Positions 12,051 to 21,947 of a stretch of 64,000 bases of DNA are shown one piece after another. Source of the stretch: Meyerozyma guilliermondii (taxonomy: Eukaryota). Made by a program: the position numbers and the translations under genes. The DNA lies in contig CP128819.1 in assembly GCA_051546255.1 (NCBI GenBank), forward strand, positions 62,001 through 126,000, given 5' to 3'. Position 1 is the stretch's first letter; each line of letters opens with the position of its first letter. Below the pieces are notes generated by a model. The model was not told where the DNA came from, searched no databases, and worked only from the letters and a program-made list of their open reading frames with translations.

Positions 12051-15000
12051 ATGCACTCGAGACAGCCCTCTATTGCTTCGTCGATGGCCCACAATCATCC
12101 TGCCCAAGTGGGGCCGTGGAAACTAGGAAAAACTTTGGGCAGAGGCGCCACAGGAAGGGTGCTTTTGGCCACTCATCAGAGCACGGGTCAAAAAGCCGCC
12201 GTGAAAGTGGTGTCGAAATCCGAATTGCAAGACGACGATGCCCCTGCAAAGCTGTCAGATGACGCTGGACTTCCGTACGGAATTGAGCGAGAAATTATCA
12301 TTATGAAACTTCTCACCCATCCTAATGTATTGAGACTCTACGACGTGTGGGAAACCTCCAAAGCTCTTTATTTGGTGCTTGAATACGTGGAGGGAGGTGA
12401 ACTCTTTGACCTTCTTGTGGAACGAGGACCGCTTCAAGAGCAGGAGGCAATCAAGTACTTTCGTCAAATCATCTTGGGAACAGCATACTGCCACGCATTG
12501 GGCATTTGTCATCGTGACTTGAAGCCGGAAAACTTGCTTTTGGATGGTAATCTTAACGTAAAGTTGGCTGATTTTGGTATGGCTGCCCTTGAAAGTAACG
12601 ACAAGTTGCTCGAAACGTCTTGTGGTTCGCCGCATTATGCTGCTCCAGAAATCGTGTCGGGCTTAAAGTACCACGGGTCTGGTTCCGATATCTGGTCTTG
12701 TGGTGTCATATTATTTGCATTGTTAACGGGAAGATTACCGTTTGATGACGAAAATATCCGCAACTTGTTGTTGAAGGTACAGGCCGGTAGCTTCGAAATG
12801 CCATACGAAATCAGCGTCGAGGCTCAGGACTTAATTGCAAAAATGTTGACGGTAGACCCAGAAAAGAGAATCAAAACCGGAAACATCTTATCGCATCCTC
12901 TCTTAACAAAGTACCCAATTCCCAGCGAAGATTTGATCAGTGTCAAATCTTTGCCCCACCCAGAAACAGCCTACAAATCATTGGGATCGGTAGCCAACAT
13001 CGATAAGCAAATTCTCCAAAACTTGTCCATTTTGTGGCATGATAGACCAAAAGAGCAAATCATTCGTAGTCTTCTCACTGAAGGCTCTAATCCTGAAAAG
13101 ACATTCTATGCTTTGCTCATGAGGTACTCACACAATCAACAGGAGGCTTCGTTCATGTCTCCAAGAATGAATAGAAGAAGTATTCATCGCTCAAACTCCA
13201 TCAAAGGTACTCCCAGAAAAAAGAGAGCTAGTCAGGTTAGTGCTTCGACATCTCGTAACAGGCCGGTACTGTTCCAATATAAGAATGGTGTTCGCGGTTC
13301 AAGGTTATCGGCCGCTTCCAGTGTCAACAATTCTCCAAGAAAAGCGTCTCCAAGAAAATTGTCTCCAAGAAAATCTCCAATTAGGTCTCCAAGAAAGTGT
13401 CGTCCTCAACAAGACAATAACACTCCTCCCCCCGCTATTCCCAGAAACATTTACGATGAGATCGTCACCGCTCAACGTGATGGGTCAATGGCTTCAATGC
13501 CACCTTCTCTTCCATCGAAGGATAGTATTCATAGAAACAGCCAGGGCTCTAAAAATCCTGTTGTTGACGAGTACGGTGCCGATCATTTAATGGCTTCAGC
13601 CAGTGTCGATTCGCCTACAAAGTCGAAAAGACTATCTGGAATTCCCAAGAGCAATTCGAAAAATAGGTTGTCGAGGCGAAAATCGCTTAGAGCTTCCATA
13701 TCCAATGGGTTAAAGCGTAACTCAATAACCATGAAGCTTCTTTCGACCTACACAAAGCTTTCTGCCGAGACAGAATGGGAATATATGGACAAGCAAACGA
13801 AGAGAACGTCCGCCACTTTCGCAAGTCTTTGTGACAAGATCTTCAACCAAGAGACTTATGACGAGGACGATGAAAACTTGATTGACGAAGAAGAACGCCA
13901 GGCAAGAGAGTACGAACGGTTGATGGAAATCGAACGTAAAAAGCATGAGGCTGAAATCAAGGCCAGGAAAGAACTTGACAAACAGAGGAGACGACTGAAG
14001 CGAAAGTCGTTGATGTCTTCCAAAAAGCTTGCCATCTTAATCAAAGACGACAGCAATAACAGTGAACAAGACATTACTTCGGAACCATTATCTCAACCCA
14101 AGAGAGGAACTTTGAGGTCCATCTCCGAGGGCGGCGCTGTAACTAAATCTGATGATTTGACTGCTGAGGAACTTGAAAAGATCAAGAAGAGATCAGTCAC
14201 CCAGCCAACCCCACGAGCACGAAAAAATCCAGTATTAACCAGGCGTCCCGTTTCGAGATTGGATCCTTTGTGGATAGCACATGAAAATGACGAGTTGAAC
14301 CGAGCACAAGAAGCTTTGGAAGCAGAATACCGCGATGCTGACTTGAAGACGAAAAAGAAAATTAATAGAGAGTCTATGGTTTCAGTTATGGACGGTTATG
14401 GAAATGGAACTGAAAGGCGTCCAAGTCGTAACAGCTACTACGCAAGAGAAGAAGACTATGAATTACCCGAGCATCAATTGGAGGCGACAGATTTAAGTCA
14501 AGAGTATCTTTCTGAAATTAGAAAATCGAGACTACTCAATTCAAAGCTTAATATTAACGGGATGCTCGAAGAAAAACCGCTGAAGGATAAGCGCAAGAGT
14601 ACTCAAGAGGCAAAGTCATTGATTGCCGATGTCAAGATTCCAAACGTAACAAGAAAGTCTCGCAACTTCACCGAATCTAATAAGCGGCTCTCAGTAATGA
14701 CCATCAGATCTACGAGGGAGTCATACCACGATTTGAAGAATGTTCTTGAAGGAGGTGACGAAGAAGCCAGCAAGATGCCACACATGAGGACAAGTTTTGC
14801 CGATCGGTTGAACCGTGCTGGACTTCCTGAAACCGGTGAAGAAGAGGAAGAGCCTTTAGATGAGGGCTCGATAATGGATTTCGATGAACACCTTGCCAAC
14901 AAGCGTTCTTCGTACTATGCTGGAGACTTGAATTCCAAACGATACTCCAAGTATTCTTCTGGAAAACCTTCCTCTGATCGTCCCAATTCCCAATTACCCA

Positions 15001-15893
15001 CGTTACCAAACCCAACGGTTCGGGGCGATGATTATGACGATACATTTGTTACTAAGAATGATGAAGTTCGAGTGAAGCGCAAATCTGCGTATAGTGGAGA
15101 TGACTTGGACGGTGAAGCTGGAGGGGATAATCCCGACGAGGATGTTGAGTTGTTTGATCATATCAAGTTACCAACCGAGAAGGACAACAAAGAGCCCAAG
15201 AGAGTAAGCAAAGAGTCAAGGACAAAGTCGATGAGACCTAGTGCTTCAACTATGCTTATTCCAGATTTTGACGGTGCTCCCCAAAAGCCCCAACCCTACG
15301 CCAAGGTTCGTCAGCCCAAGCCTGAACCTCCAACCGAACCCAAGAAGCCATTGGTAGACACAACCAACAAACCTGATCCTGCTCCTGGTAAGAGAAGCCG
15401 GTCTATTTTCCGCAAGTTGTCGTGGGGATCAAAGAAGACATTGGAAGAACCTCCAAAAACTAGTCATTTACCTTCACCTGCTGACTCTAGAGAAGCATCA
15501 ATGGATGAGAAGCCCAAGAGCAATGGATTTTTCAGGTGGTTATCGAGCAGTCATCAAGAAGACAATGTACCTATGCAGAACAAGCGTTTCAATACTGTTT
15601 TGCCCAAGCAGGAAATGTCTGGTGCACTTTTTGCGCTTTTGCAATCTTGGTCTAACTTTGGATTGAAGGATTTGAGAAATGACACTGTTGGGTACTATAT
15701 CACGGGAGCGATTTCCAAGAACAATTCGTTTGACATGAAGAGTTGCAAGTTCCGCATCAAGATAAGTCCTCGAGAGTACAACCAAAAATCGACCATTGTG
15801 TGTGCGTATGTGAAGGGCTCCAAGACCACGGCCAATACATTGTTCAAGGAGATCGAAAAGGTGTTGGTGAAGGAGGGAGTGATGGATAAGTAG
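12051..15893 (+). CDS. GIN4: Nim1-family septin-associated protein kinase
   Basis: N-terminal kinase (GPWKLGKTLGRGATGRV, HRDLKPEN, ETSCGSPHYAAPE), long basic tail, KA1-like end; MCB ACGCGT at 11767-11772. Confidence 0.92.
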   Translation: MHSRQPSIASSMAHNHPAQVGPWKLGKTLGRGATGRVLLATHQSTGQKAAVKVVSKSELQDDDAPAKLSDDAGLPYGIEREIIIMKLLTHPNVLRLYDVWETSKALYLVLEYVEGGELFDLLVERGPLQEQEAIKYFRQIILGTAYCHALGICHRDLKPENLLLDGNLNVKLADFGMAALESNDKLLETSCGSPHYAAPEIVSGLKYHGSGSDIWSCGVILFALLTGRLPFDDENIRNLLLKVQAGSFEMPYEISVEAQDLIAKMLTVDPEKRIKTGNILSHPLLTKYPIPSEDLISVKSLPHPETAYKSLGSVANIDKQILQNLSILWHDRPKEQIIRSLLTEGSNPEKTFYALLMRYSHNQQEASFMSPRMNRRSIHRSNSIKGTPRKKRASQVSASTSRNRPVLFQYKNGVRGSRLSAASSVNNSPRKASPRKLSPRKSPIRSPRKCRPQQDNNTPPPAIPRNIYDEIVTAQRDGSMASMPPSLPSKDSIHRNSQGSKNPVVDEYGADHLMASASVDSPTKSKRLSGIPKSNSKNRLSRRKSLRASISNGLKRNSITMKLLSTYTKLSAETEWEYMDKQTKRTSATFASLCDKIFNQETYDEDDENLIDEEERQAREYERLMEIERKKHEAEIKARKELDKQRRRLKRKSLMSSKKLAILIKDDSNNSEQDITSEPLSQPKRGTLRSISEGGAVTKSDDLTAEELEKIKKRSVTQPTPRARKNPVLTRRPVSRLDPLWIAHENDELNRAQEALEAEYRDADLKTKKKINRESMVSVMDGYGNGTERRPSRNSYYAREEDYELPEHQLEATDLSQEYLSEIRKSRLLNSKLNINGMLEEKPLKDKRKSTQEAKSLIADVKIPNVTRKSRNFTESNKRLSVMTIRSTRESYHDLKNVLEGGDEEASKMPHMRTSFADRLNRAGLPETGEEEEEPLDEGSIMDFDEHLANKRSSYYAGDLNSKRYSKYSSGKPSSDRPNSQLPTLPNPTVRGDDYDDTFVTKNDEVRVKRKSAYSGDDLDGEAGGDNPDEDVELFDHIKLPTEKDNKEPKRVSKESRTKSMRPSASTMLIPDFDGAPQKPQPYAKVRQPKPEPPTEPKKPLVDTTNKPDPAPGKRSRSIFRKLSWGSKKTLEEPPKTSHLPSPADSREASMDEKPKSNGFFRWLSSSHQEDNVPMQNKRFNTVLPKQEMSGALFALLQSWSNFGLKDLRNDTVGYYITGAISKNNSFDMKSCKFRIKISPREYNQKSTIVCAYVKGSKTTANTLFKEIEKVLVKEGVMDK

Positions 15894-15972
15894 AGACGAT
15901 AAGAGAGTAGATGTATAGGAGTCAATATTACTAGCTACAGTATTTCACTAACTACTTCACTTTTTCTCTTCG

Positions 15973-16740
15973 CTAGCTTATTTCCTCCACTTTCAAGTTC
16001 TCCGAGTTGACGACTACTACAAGTGGTTGGCGCTCTTCATTTGCAACTGGAGCTTCGACCACAGGATTGGTGGCAGTGGGACCCACAGTATTGGTGATTT
16101 CGCCGTAGCCCCATTGAGTCAAGATCGACACAAAAGCCGTGGAAAACACCACTTCGCGATCAATGGCAGTTTCGTCCACGAGGATTTCAAAGTCGAGTTT
16201 GAACTGGCGCATCAAGCGGACTTTGGAGATCTGGGTTCGTACTTCTTCGGTGCGTTGGTTGGGGTTGAGCACTTTTTCAAGAAATTTTGACGAACGAGAC
16301 CACGAATACCTCACACCGTCATCGACGTAAAAAGACTGGAAACATCCTCCAAGCCCGTATTCCGACGTCAAATCACGATGAGTCATTCCTGGTTTGTTAT
16401 GGAAGTCGACCGCTCTTGCGAGGAACCCAGTATTAATGGTTGCAACTTCGCGACGTTGAGGGTAGGTGAACAAACTCCAAACTGGATTATAGCCCGAAAT
16501 TCGTTCAATAGAATACACCCGATTGCCCTGAGCGTCAAAGATGTTGATCACCCGCAGCTGATCTTTCCGGTCAGCTCTCAAGTAGTAGCGAGACGACAGC
16601 GACGACAAAGGGACGGTAGTACCAGAGTAGATTCTCATTTCAAGTACTCGTTTTAAGCCCACCAAATCCAAGGTAAAGTTTCCAGCAGTGAGTGCACAAG
16701 TTAAGCTGTGAACGGCAACAGCCTGTAAGTAGCTTGACAT
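15973..16740 (-). CDS. Hypothetical protein, 255 aa
   Basis: ATG-initiated, globular-looking beta-rich sequence; no family assigned with certainty. Confidence 0.8.
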   Translation of the reverse strand: MSSYLQAVAVHSLTCALTAGNFTLDLVGLKRVLEMRIYSGTTVPLSSLSSRYYLRADRKDQLRVINIFDAQGNRVYSIERISGYNPVWSLFTYPQRREVATINTGFLARAVDFHNKPGMTHRDLTSEYGLGGCFQSFYVDDGVRYSWSRSSKFLEKVLNPNQRTEEVRTQISKVRLMRQFKLDFEILVDETAIDREVVFSTAFVSILTQWGYGEITNTVGPTATNPVVEAPVANEERQPLVVVVNSENLKVEEIS

Positions 16741-16877
16741 GAGAAGAAGAAGAGAGTTGTTTGTGTAATTAGTTTGTGTTTTGTAAATTTGCGTCTGTGT
16801 TTCTTTCGCAATTTGCAGCCGCGCCGTTTTCTGTCAAAGTTGCAGCGTGCATTACAATAGCCTTAATATGCATTAAA

Positions 16878-17621
16878 TTAAATGATACCCCATACATCCT
16901 CGCAGCCGTGGCAGAACTTGGAACATGCCACCGACGCCGACAACGGATAGTTGGAAAGTCCGATTTTTTCATCAACGTACTCATCAGCAAAGTTATCCTT
17001 ACCTCGGGCCATCGCACCGACGAACACACAAATACTCTCATCGTCGTCCAATTTTTTTATATAAGTCTGTACGTTTTGGATCTCGGCGTCATAGGAAAGC
17101 GTTATCTTTCTGCATTTGGTGGGCAAGTGGTCGGTTATAGGATTTTTGATCACCTTTAAGAGCTTCTCTTCAGAGTTGACCGAGCGAATACTCAACTTGT
17201 GAAGCAACTGCACCATCAACCCGGAGAACCGTTTAAAAGTTCTGGGTATTCTGACACTGGGGTTCACCTCCACTAACACCCCGCGGGCGGTTTGGATGTA
17301 AACTTGGAGTTTTCCAGCTTTATTAATGGGAGAATCCAACAACGTCAAAAGGCATTGATGGGTGATATCGGGCCGCGCTTCCGCTATGTCACGACCCATC
17401 TTCCGGAGCAACCCCTGGTGATCGTCACAGTTCAACAACGCATATTTATCTCCACCAGGTCCATTGGTGCTGACCTTGTGGGTCTCTAAACATGCCTGAC
17501 TCAACACCACAATGAGTCTTTTTGTGGTCTTGTCTTTGGAACTGAGCACCGCAGGCTGCTCTGGAACGAGAGAAGCGGGAGGCGCCGAAGGAACTGCACT
17601 GTCCTTTTCTGGTTGTGCCAT
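16878..17621 (-). CDS. EMG1: 18S rRNA pseudouridine methyltransferase (Nep1)
   Basis: [59 protein letters not shown] at 17641-17650. Confidence 0.97.
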   Translation of the reverse strand: MAQPEKDSAVPSAPPASLVPEQPAVLSSKDKTTKRLIVVLSQACLETHKVSTNGPGGDKYALLNCDDHQGLLRKMGRDIAEARPDITHQCLLTLLDSPINKAGKLQVYIQTARGVLVEVNPSVRIPRTFKRFSGLMVQLLHKLSIRSVNSEEKLLKVIKNPITDHLPTKCRKITLSYDAEIQNVQTYIKKLDDDESICVFVGAMARGKDNFADEYVDEKIGLSNYPLSASVACSKFCHGCEDVWGII

Positions 17622-17735
17622 AATGAGTGTCTTGTGGGCTTGAAAAATTTATCGACAGAAATGGGCTTATATGCCGGATAGTTGATAAGCGATGCGACTC
17701 GATCTCACAACTGGTTCACACCTCCATTGGTTGCA

Positions 17736-19877
17736 ATGACGTCAGATGACGATTTCGACGACGATGACGACGACATTTTGAAGGCGTTGGTGGCGGCTGA
17801 GACACAGAACGCGTCGGCTTTACAAAAAAAGTTAAACTCGCTTCCTCACACAGATAATAGTGTCGGCGATGGTGGCTCGTCGCTTCAAAATCGTCTTTAT
17901 AAAGCCGAAGGAGAGGTGTCGATTCTCCGGGCGCAGCTCGAGCAGCTCCAGAACTCGTCACGAGACGAATTAGCCAAGCTCCGCGAGACTTTGGCTCTTG
18001 AAAAGCACAATAAGGACGGCCAGGTGGAACTGCTTCGCGCTGCCGTGCAACTGTTGGAAGACGAAAGAAAGTTTTTAAATAACGAATTGAGGGCTACGTC
18101 GGTCGCTTTGAAGCGACGAAAGGTGGGTGAGTCTCAGACGGCAAATATAACTTTTTCAGGTACAATGGGTGCAACTACACTTGCGACACCTTCTACTCAG
18201 CTGAAAAGTCCAGCAATTTCGAAACAAAAAAACTCCTCAAATTCAGGTCAGTACCGTGTCCCTGAATCTGATACTCGGCCATTGGTGCCGCAAAAAGTCA
18301 TCAAAATCGACAACGACGCTTCGCTTCTCGAAGACCATTTATGGAACCACTGCATTAACGGAACCAAAAGAACCACCGTTTCATACTTGAGCAAGATTTA
18401 TCTCGACCGAGATGTGCGTATTCGAGATTTCGTGCTACACAAAAAACAGCCAATTTCAACGGCGGTGACTGAATTTCTTATGGTCAAAAAAGCGTTGCGT
18501 CTTGATTCTCTCATCCACGAGTTTTCCCTCACCATGTGTGAACTAGTGGAGGATATAATTGCTCACCAAATTCTCACCAGCGTTCCATTCTTGCTTAGTC
18601 TCGTTTATGCTTCGCTCATATTTCGATCTTCGGCACTCAATAAGGAAACCATTCAATTGCTTGTTCCTAAAATTTGTCTGATAGCCGTCGATTTTGCATT
18701 TCTTCTTGACTCCAGCCAGGACCAAGACGATATAATAAACTACCATAATGTACCATTACAAGTGATGGTGCTTCAAAAATTTTCATTGATATGCTGCTTC
18801 GATATATTGGAGAGAATTCTCTATGTGGCTACAGTCTTTGATACTGAATTTTCTAGTGGCTTGTGGCAGGAACCACAAATGGTACAATTGTTCAAATTTT
18901 GTCTTCCAGAAAATAGTGAGAGGTTCATGAATACTACCCAAAGTAACCTCGTCTATAGTGTGGTTGAGATGTTGATTTCGTCGATTACAGAGCTGGGCTT
19001 TGCATTTGATAACCAACCGGTGAAAAATGATGCCATAGTGAGCTCTCTTTTAAAGGTGTTTTTGATTGATATTCCTATCAAAGAAGACTTCAAATTTTAT
19101 GGACTCAATCGAGTTCTAGGCAATAATAGTGACTTGTCAAAAGTCGAGGCAACTGTTCCGGAGCTGGAAACACTTTTACAAGAGTCCATGGTACTTATTC
19201 CTTGTCCAATTCCACAAACCATGCAACAAGAACTGGCAGTGACGGTGGAAACCAACCACGAATTGCACCTTCTTTACTTGAGATTACGAGTTGCAACAAT
19301 GATAGAAGGCCACATAGTGACCAAGGGAAGCACCCAGCTATTCCAGGACAAGGAATACTTGAAATCCATCGTACGGTACATTGGCTTGGAACAAGGTCTC
19401 ATCATGAACTCACCAAGAGCACCTACAGTTCACATTCGAGTTCGAATCATTTCCACCTTGGTACGGGTCCTACATCACATAGCAACAGAAGCCAAGACTA
19501 TCACAAATGTCGTTTATCCAGAAACCATGTATGAAGTGTTCGTGATACTTCTGCGAATCGCATTTGGTAGCGACTCATTATCTGTGGATGCCTATCAACT
19601 TTCAAGCCATGCCAGGCAGATGAATTACACAGGAACTATATACAATTACTGGTGCGAGCAGAGAGCCCGACAATTGGGCCATAGCGATGGTGTTGAAGAA
19701 ATGGCTGATGTTGAAAGCGAATTTGCGAACGGTCTTGAATTTCCCTACGAGCCCGAAATCATCGAATTGGCTCGTGAGATCTTGGAACCATGTGTAACCC
19801 ACGAGGAGGCCGACAACTTGTACTTTAACATGAACTACGAAGAGCCACGCTTTGACGAAATGGACTTGGTAATGTAA
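17736..19877 (+). CDS. LCD1: DNA damage checkpoint protein Lcd1/Ddc2 (ATRIP-like)
   Basis: Acidic N-terminus, coiled coil (LYKAEGEVSILRAQL), KRRK motif; adjacent to RPL37 as in S. cerevisiae; first ATG 17736. Confidence 0.72.
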   Translation: MTSDDDFDDDDDDILKALVAAETQNASALQKKLNSLPHTDNSVGDGGSSLQNRLYKAEGEVSILRAQLEQLQNSSRDELAKLRETLALEKHNKDGQVELLRAAVQLLEDERKFLNNELRATSVALKRRKVGESQTANITFSGTMGATTLATPSTQLKSPAISKQKNSSNSGQYRVPESDTRPLVPQKVIKIDNDASLLEDHLWNHCINGTKRTTVSYLSKIYLDRDVRIRDFVLHKKQPISTAVTEFLMVKKALRLDSLIHEFSLTMCELVEDIIAHQILTSVPFLLSLVYASLIFRSSALNKETIQLLVPKICLIAVDFAFLLDSSQDQDDIINYHNVPLQVMVLQKFSLICCFDILERILYVATVFDTEFSSGLWQEPQMVQLFKFCLPENSERFMNTTQSNLVYSVVEMLISSITELGFAFDNQPVKNDAIVSSLLKVFLIDIPIKEDFKFYGLNRVLGNNSDLSKVEATVPELETLLQESMVLIPCPIPQTMQQELAVTVETNHELHLLYLRLRVATMIEGHIVTKGSTQLFQDKEYLKSIVRYIGLEQGLIMNSPRAPTVHIRVRIISTLVRVLHHIATEAKTITNVVYPETMYEVFVILLRIAFGSDSLSVDAYQLSSHARQMNYTGTIYNYWCEQRARQLGHSDGVEEMADVESEFANGLEFPYEPEIIELAREILEPCVTHEEADNLYFNMNYEEPRFDEMDLVM

Positions 19878-19930
19878 TATAGTTTTATCTACACCGTTTA
19901 TGTTACAATGTATTGACTAGTCGTATTAAT

Positions 19931-20316
19931 TTACTCGGTCTGAGGCTTGGCAACACCGGATTGGAATCCGTTCTTGAATCTTCTGGAAACGTGCTTCAAG
20001 TAAGCCATACGTCCAGAACCAGTAGTTCTTCTTCTCTTAGCCTTTTGGCCCCAGTTGTACGATCTCATCTTGGCAGCTGGGTATCCACAAGAAGCACAGG
20101 TCTTCTTTTGAATGTGGAAGGAACGCTTACCGCATCTGTTACACAAAGTGTGGGACTTGTTGTGACGTTTACCTAAAGATGGAGTACCCTCTAAATGTTA
20201 GTAACTGAACTAGAACTCTACTTTCTGGGCTGAAAACAAAGCATTGGTTTGTCTTTGGCTAGGGGAGTTGGAAAGTGTCATTTTTGTTGCGTGGTTGAAG
20301 TATACATACTACCCAT
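19931..20316 (-). CDS. RPL37: 60S ribosomal protein L37 (eL37), spliced: exons 20316-20310 and 20190-19931, 88 aa
   Basis: ATG GGT A|GTATGT...TACTAAC ATTTAG|AG GGT ACT gives [14 protein letters not shown]...; CxxC zinc finger; 119-nt intron 20309-20191. Confidence 0.97.
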
Positions 20317-20416
20317 GGTTGATGTCTATGTTTCTATGGTAGAAAATTTTCACAAAAGTTTCACCGTGCGGGAGAAGCAGTGTGCAGGAGACACTATACA
20401 GGAAGAATAAATCACG

Positions 20417-20433
20417 CTAGGGCGGAGCCCTAG
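20417..20433. promoter_or_regulatory. Palindromic Tbf1-type ribosomal protein promoter element
   Basis: CTAGGGCGGAGCCCTAG about 100 bp upstream of the RPL37 ATG; the same 16-mer lies upstream of RPS11. Confidence 0.7.
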
Positions 20434-20521
20434 ACGGAGGCCCTACCACCAAATTGCTTCTCACTTTACGTGCAGTACAGATCTCTCGGACTGCCTGCAG
20501 TACTCTGTCTGCAGTTTGTAC

Positions 20522-20550
20522 CGCGTGTTTCGCGTCGCGTAACAAACAAA
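20522..20550. promoter_or_regulatory. SCB/MCB cluster upstream of TOS4
   Basis: CGCGTGTTTCGCGTCGCGT followed by forkhead-like AACAAACAAA. Confidence 0.65.
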
Positions 20551-20597
20551 CACCTTAGGCACCATTTCCTAACTTTTGTTTCAAACTTTTCCAAAAA

Positions 20598-21947
20598 ATG
20601 TCCCAATTTCCACCATCGTCGCCGTTGGTTGACTCTCGTCGTGAATTGGATCATCCTTTTGCTCCTAAACGACTTTTCAAAGAATCTGAACCAATTTATC
20701 CAACTCCCCATCCTTCATCTACCACCGGAACTTCGTCTCCTACTAGGTCTAGGTCGGTTGAGCCTAAGAATCTTATTGTAAAGAACAAGGATTTCAATGT
20801 AATTGACCCCCAAGAAGCTGTTCTTCGTGTACCGTTGATTTCTGGTGCCAGTCATTTGACCATCGGACGCTCAAAACAGTCGAGTGATTTCCAATTGGAC
20901 TCCAAAAACAGAACCATATCTCGTACCCACATCAAGGCGTCGTATAGCGAGCAGCAGATTGTGCTACAGTGTCTTGGGTTCAATGGGTTTGCCATGAGAA
21001 TCCCGCGCCCGTGTTTGGTGTTTGCAACTAATCGCAAAAACGATTACATTTTATTGGAAAATAAGGGGAAAGTACTTGACGCTGATCGCTTAGAACCAGC
21101 CACGAGGAAATCAGTGGTGTTGGACGCTAACCATACGGAATTTGTTGTGAATCGCGATGAAACTGTGACGTTGCCTAGATTGGCCAATATCTTAATTGAG
21201 ATCCGAGGCTCACTCGTATTGTTGAATCCAGAAGATGAAAACGAAACTGACGAAGAAACGCCTGTTCTTGTTCAGCAGCAGCACCAGAACCAGTCAGCGG
21301 TTGCTGAAAGCACTCCCGTTGGAACCCCATTGAAACCAGTTCCAACCACGCCAGCCAAATCTGGTTTCAAAATCACCTCGGAAGAATCCACTCCTCTTCC
21401 TGCCAAGTCTCGCGCACTGACCCCATTGGGTGATATCACAAACTTGCACAAATCTTCCACTTCTACTCCTAAAACACCTAATCCCAACAAAAAGCGCCGG
21501 GCTCGTTCCGAAGAACCCCAGGCCAAAAAGAAAAAGAAGACCACCCCATCCACGATCCAGGATGTGGATATCGATGAAAACAGTATCAAGTCTCTCAAGA
21601 ATCGGGCGGAAATTGAAAACGTTCTTACCAATCATCTTGCATTCTCTAGATTGTCTTCTACCCCAGCTTCGTTTCTCCTTTCAATCAGTGTATTGACAGG
21701 AAACTTGGAGTTGATTCAGTTGAGAACTATTCTCCATCATGTTAAATGTATTGGTGTGATCCACCGAGAGGGGAAAGATGCAGCTGGTAAACCTTTGGAA
21801 GAGGAATACTACTATATGCCCGAGAACGATGATGATAAGGAACGTCCTACATTGGTGCAAACAATTAGAGGCCACGGTGGATTACGTGCATGTCGCAGAA
21901 CTCACAAGCAGTATTTCTGGAAAAAACCAGCACCTATCAAGAAATAG
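20598..21947 (+). CDS. TOS4: FHA-domain G1/S protein (Tos4/Plm2 family)
   Basis: MSQFPPSSP start, FHA (LTIGRS...ISRTHI...CLGFNG), C-terminal GLRACRRTHKQYFWKKP. Confidence 0.8.
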   Translation: MSQFPPSSPLVDSRRELDHPFAPKRLFKESEPIYPTPHPSSTTGTSSPTRSRSVEPKNLIVKNKDFNVIDPQEAVLRVPLISGASHLTIGRSKQSSDFQLDSKNRTISRTHIKASYSEQQIVLQCLGFNGFAMRIPRPCLVFATNRKNDYILLENKGKVLDADRLEPATRKSVVLDANHTEFVVNRDETVTLPRLANILIEIRGSLVLLNPEDENETDEETPVLVQQQHQNQSAVAESTPVGTPLKPVPTTPAKSGFKITSEESTPLPAKSRALTPLGDITNLHKSSTSTPKTPNPNKKRRARSEEPQAKKKKKTTPSTIQDVDIDENSIKSLKNRAEIENVLTNHLAFSRLSSTPASFLLSISVLTGNLELIQLRTILHHVKCIGVIHREGKDAAGKPLEEEYYYMPENDDDKERPTLVQTIRGHGGLRACRRTHKQYFWKKPAPIKK

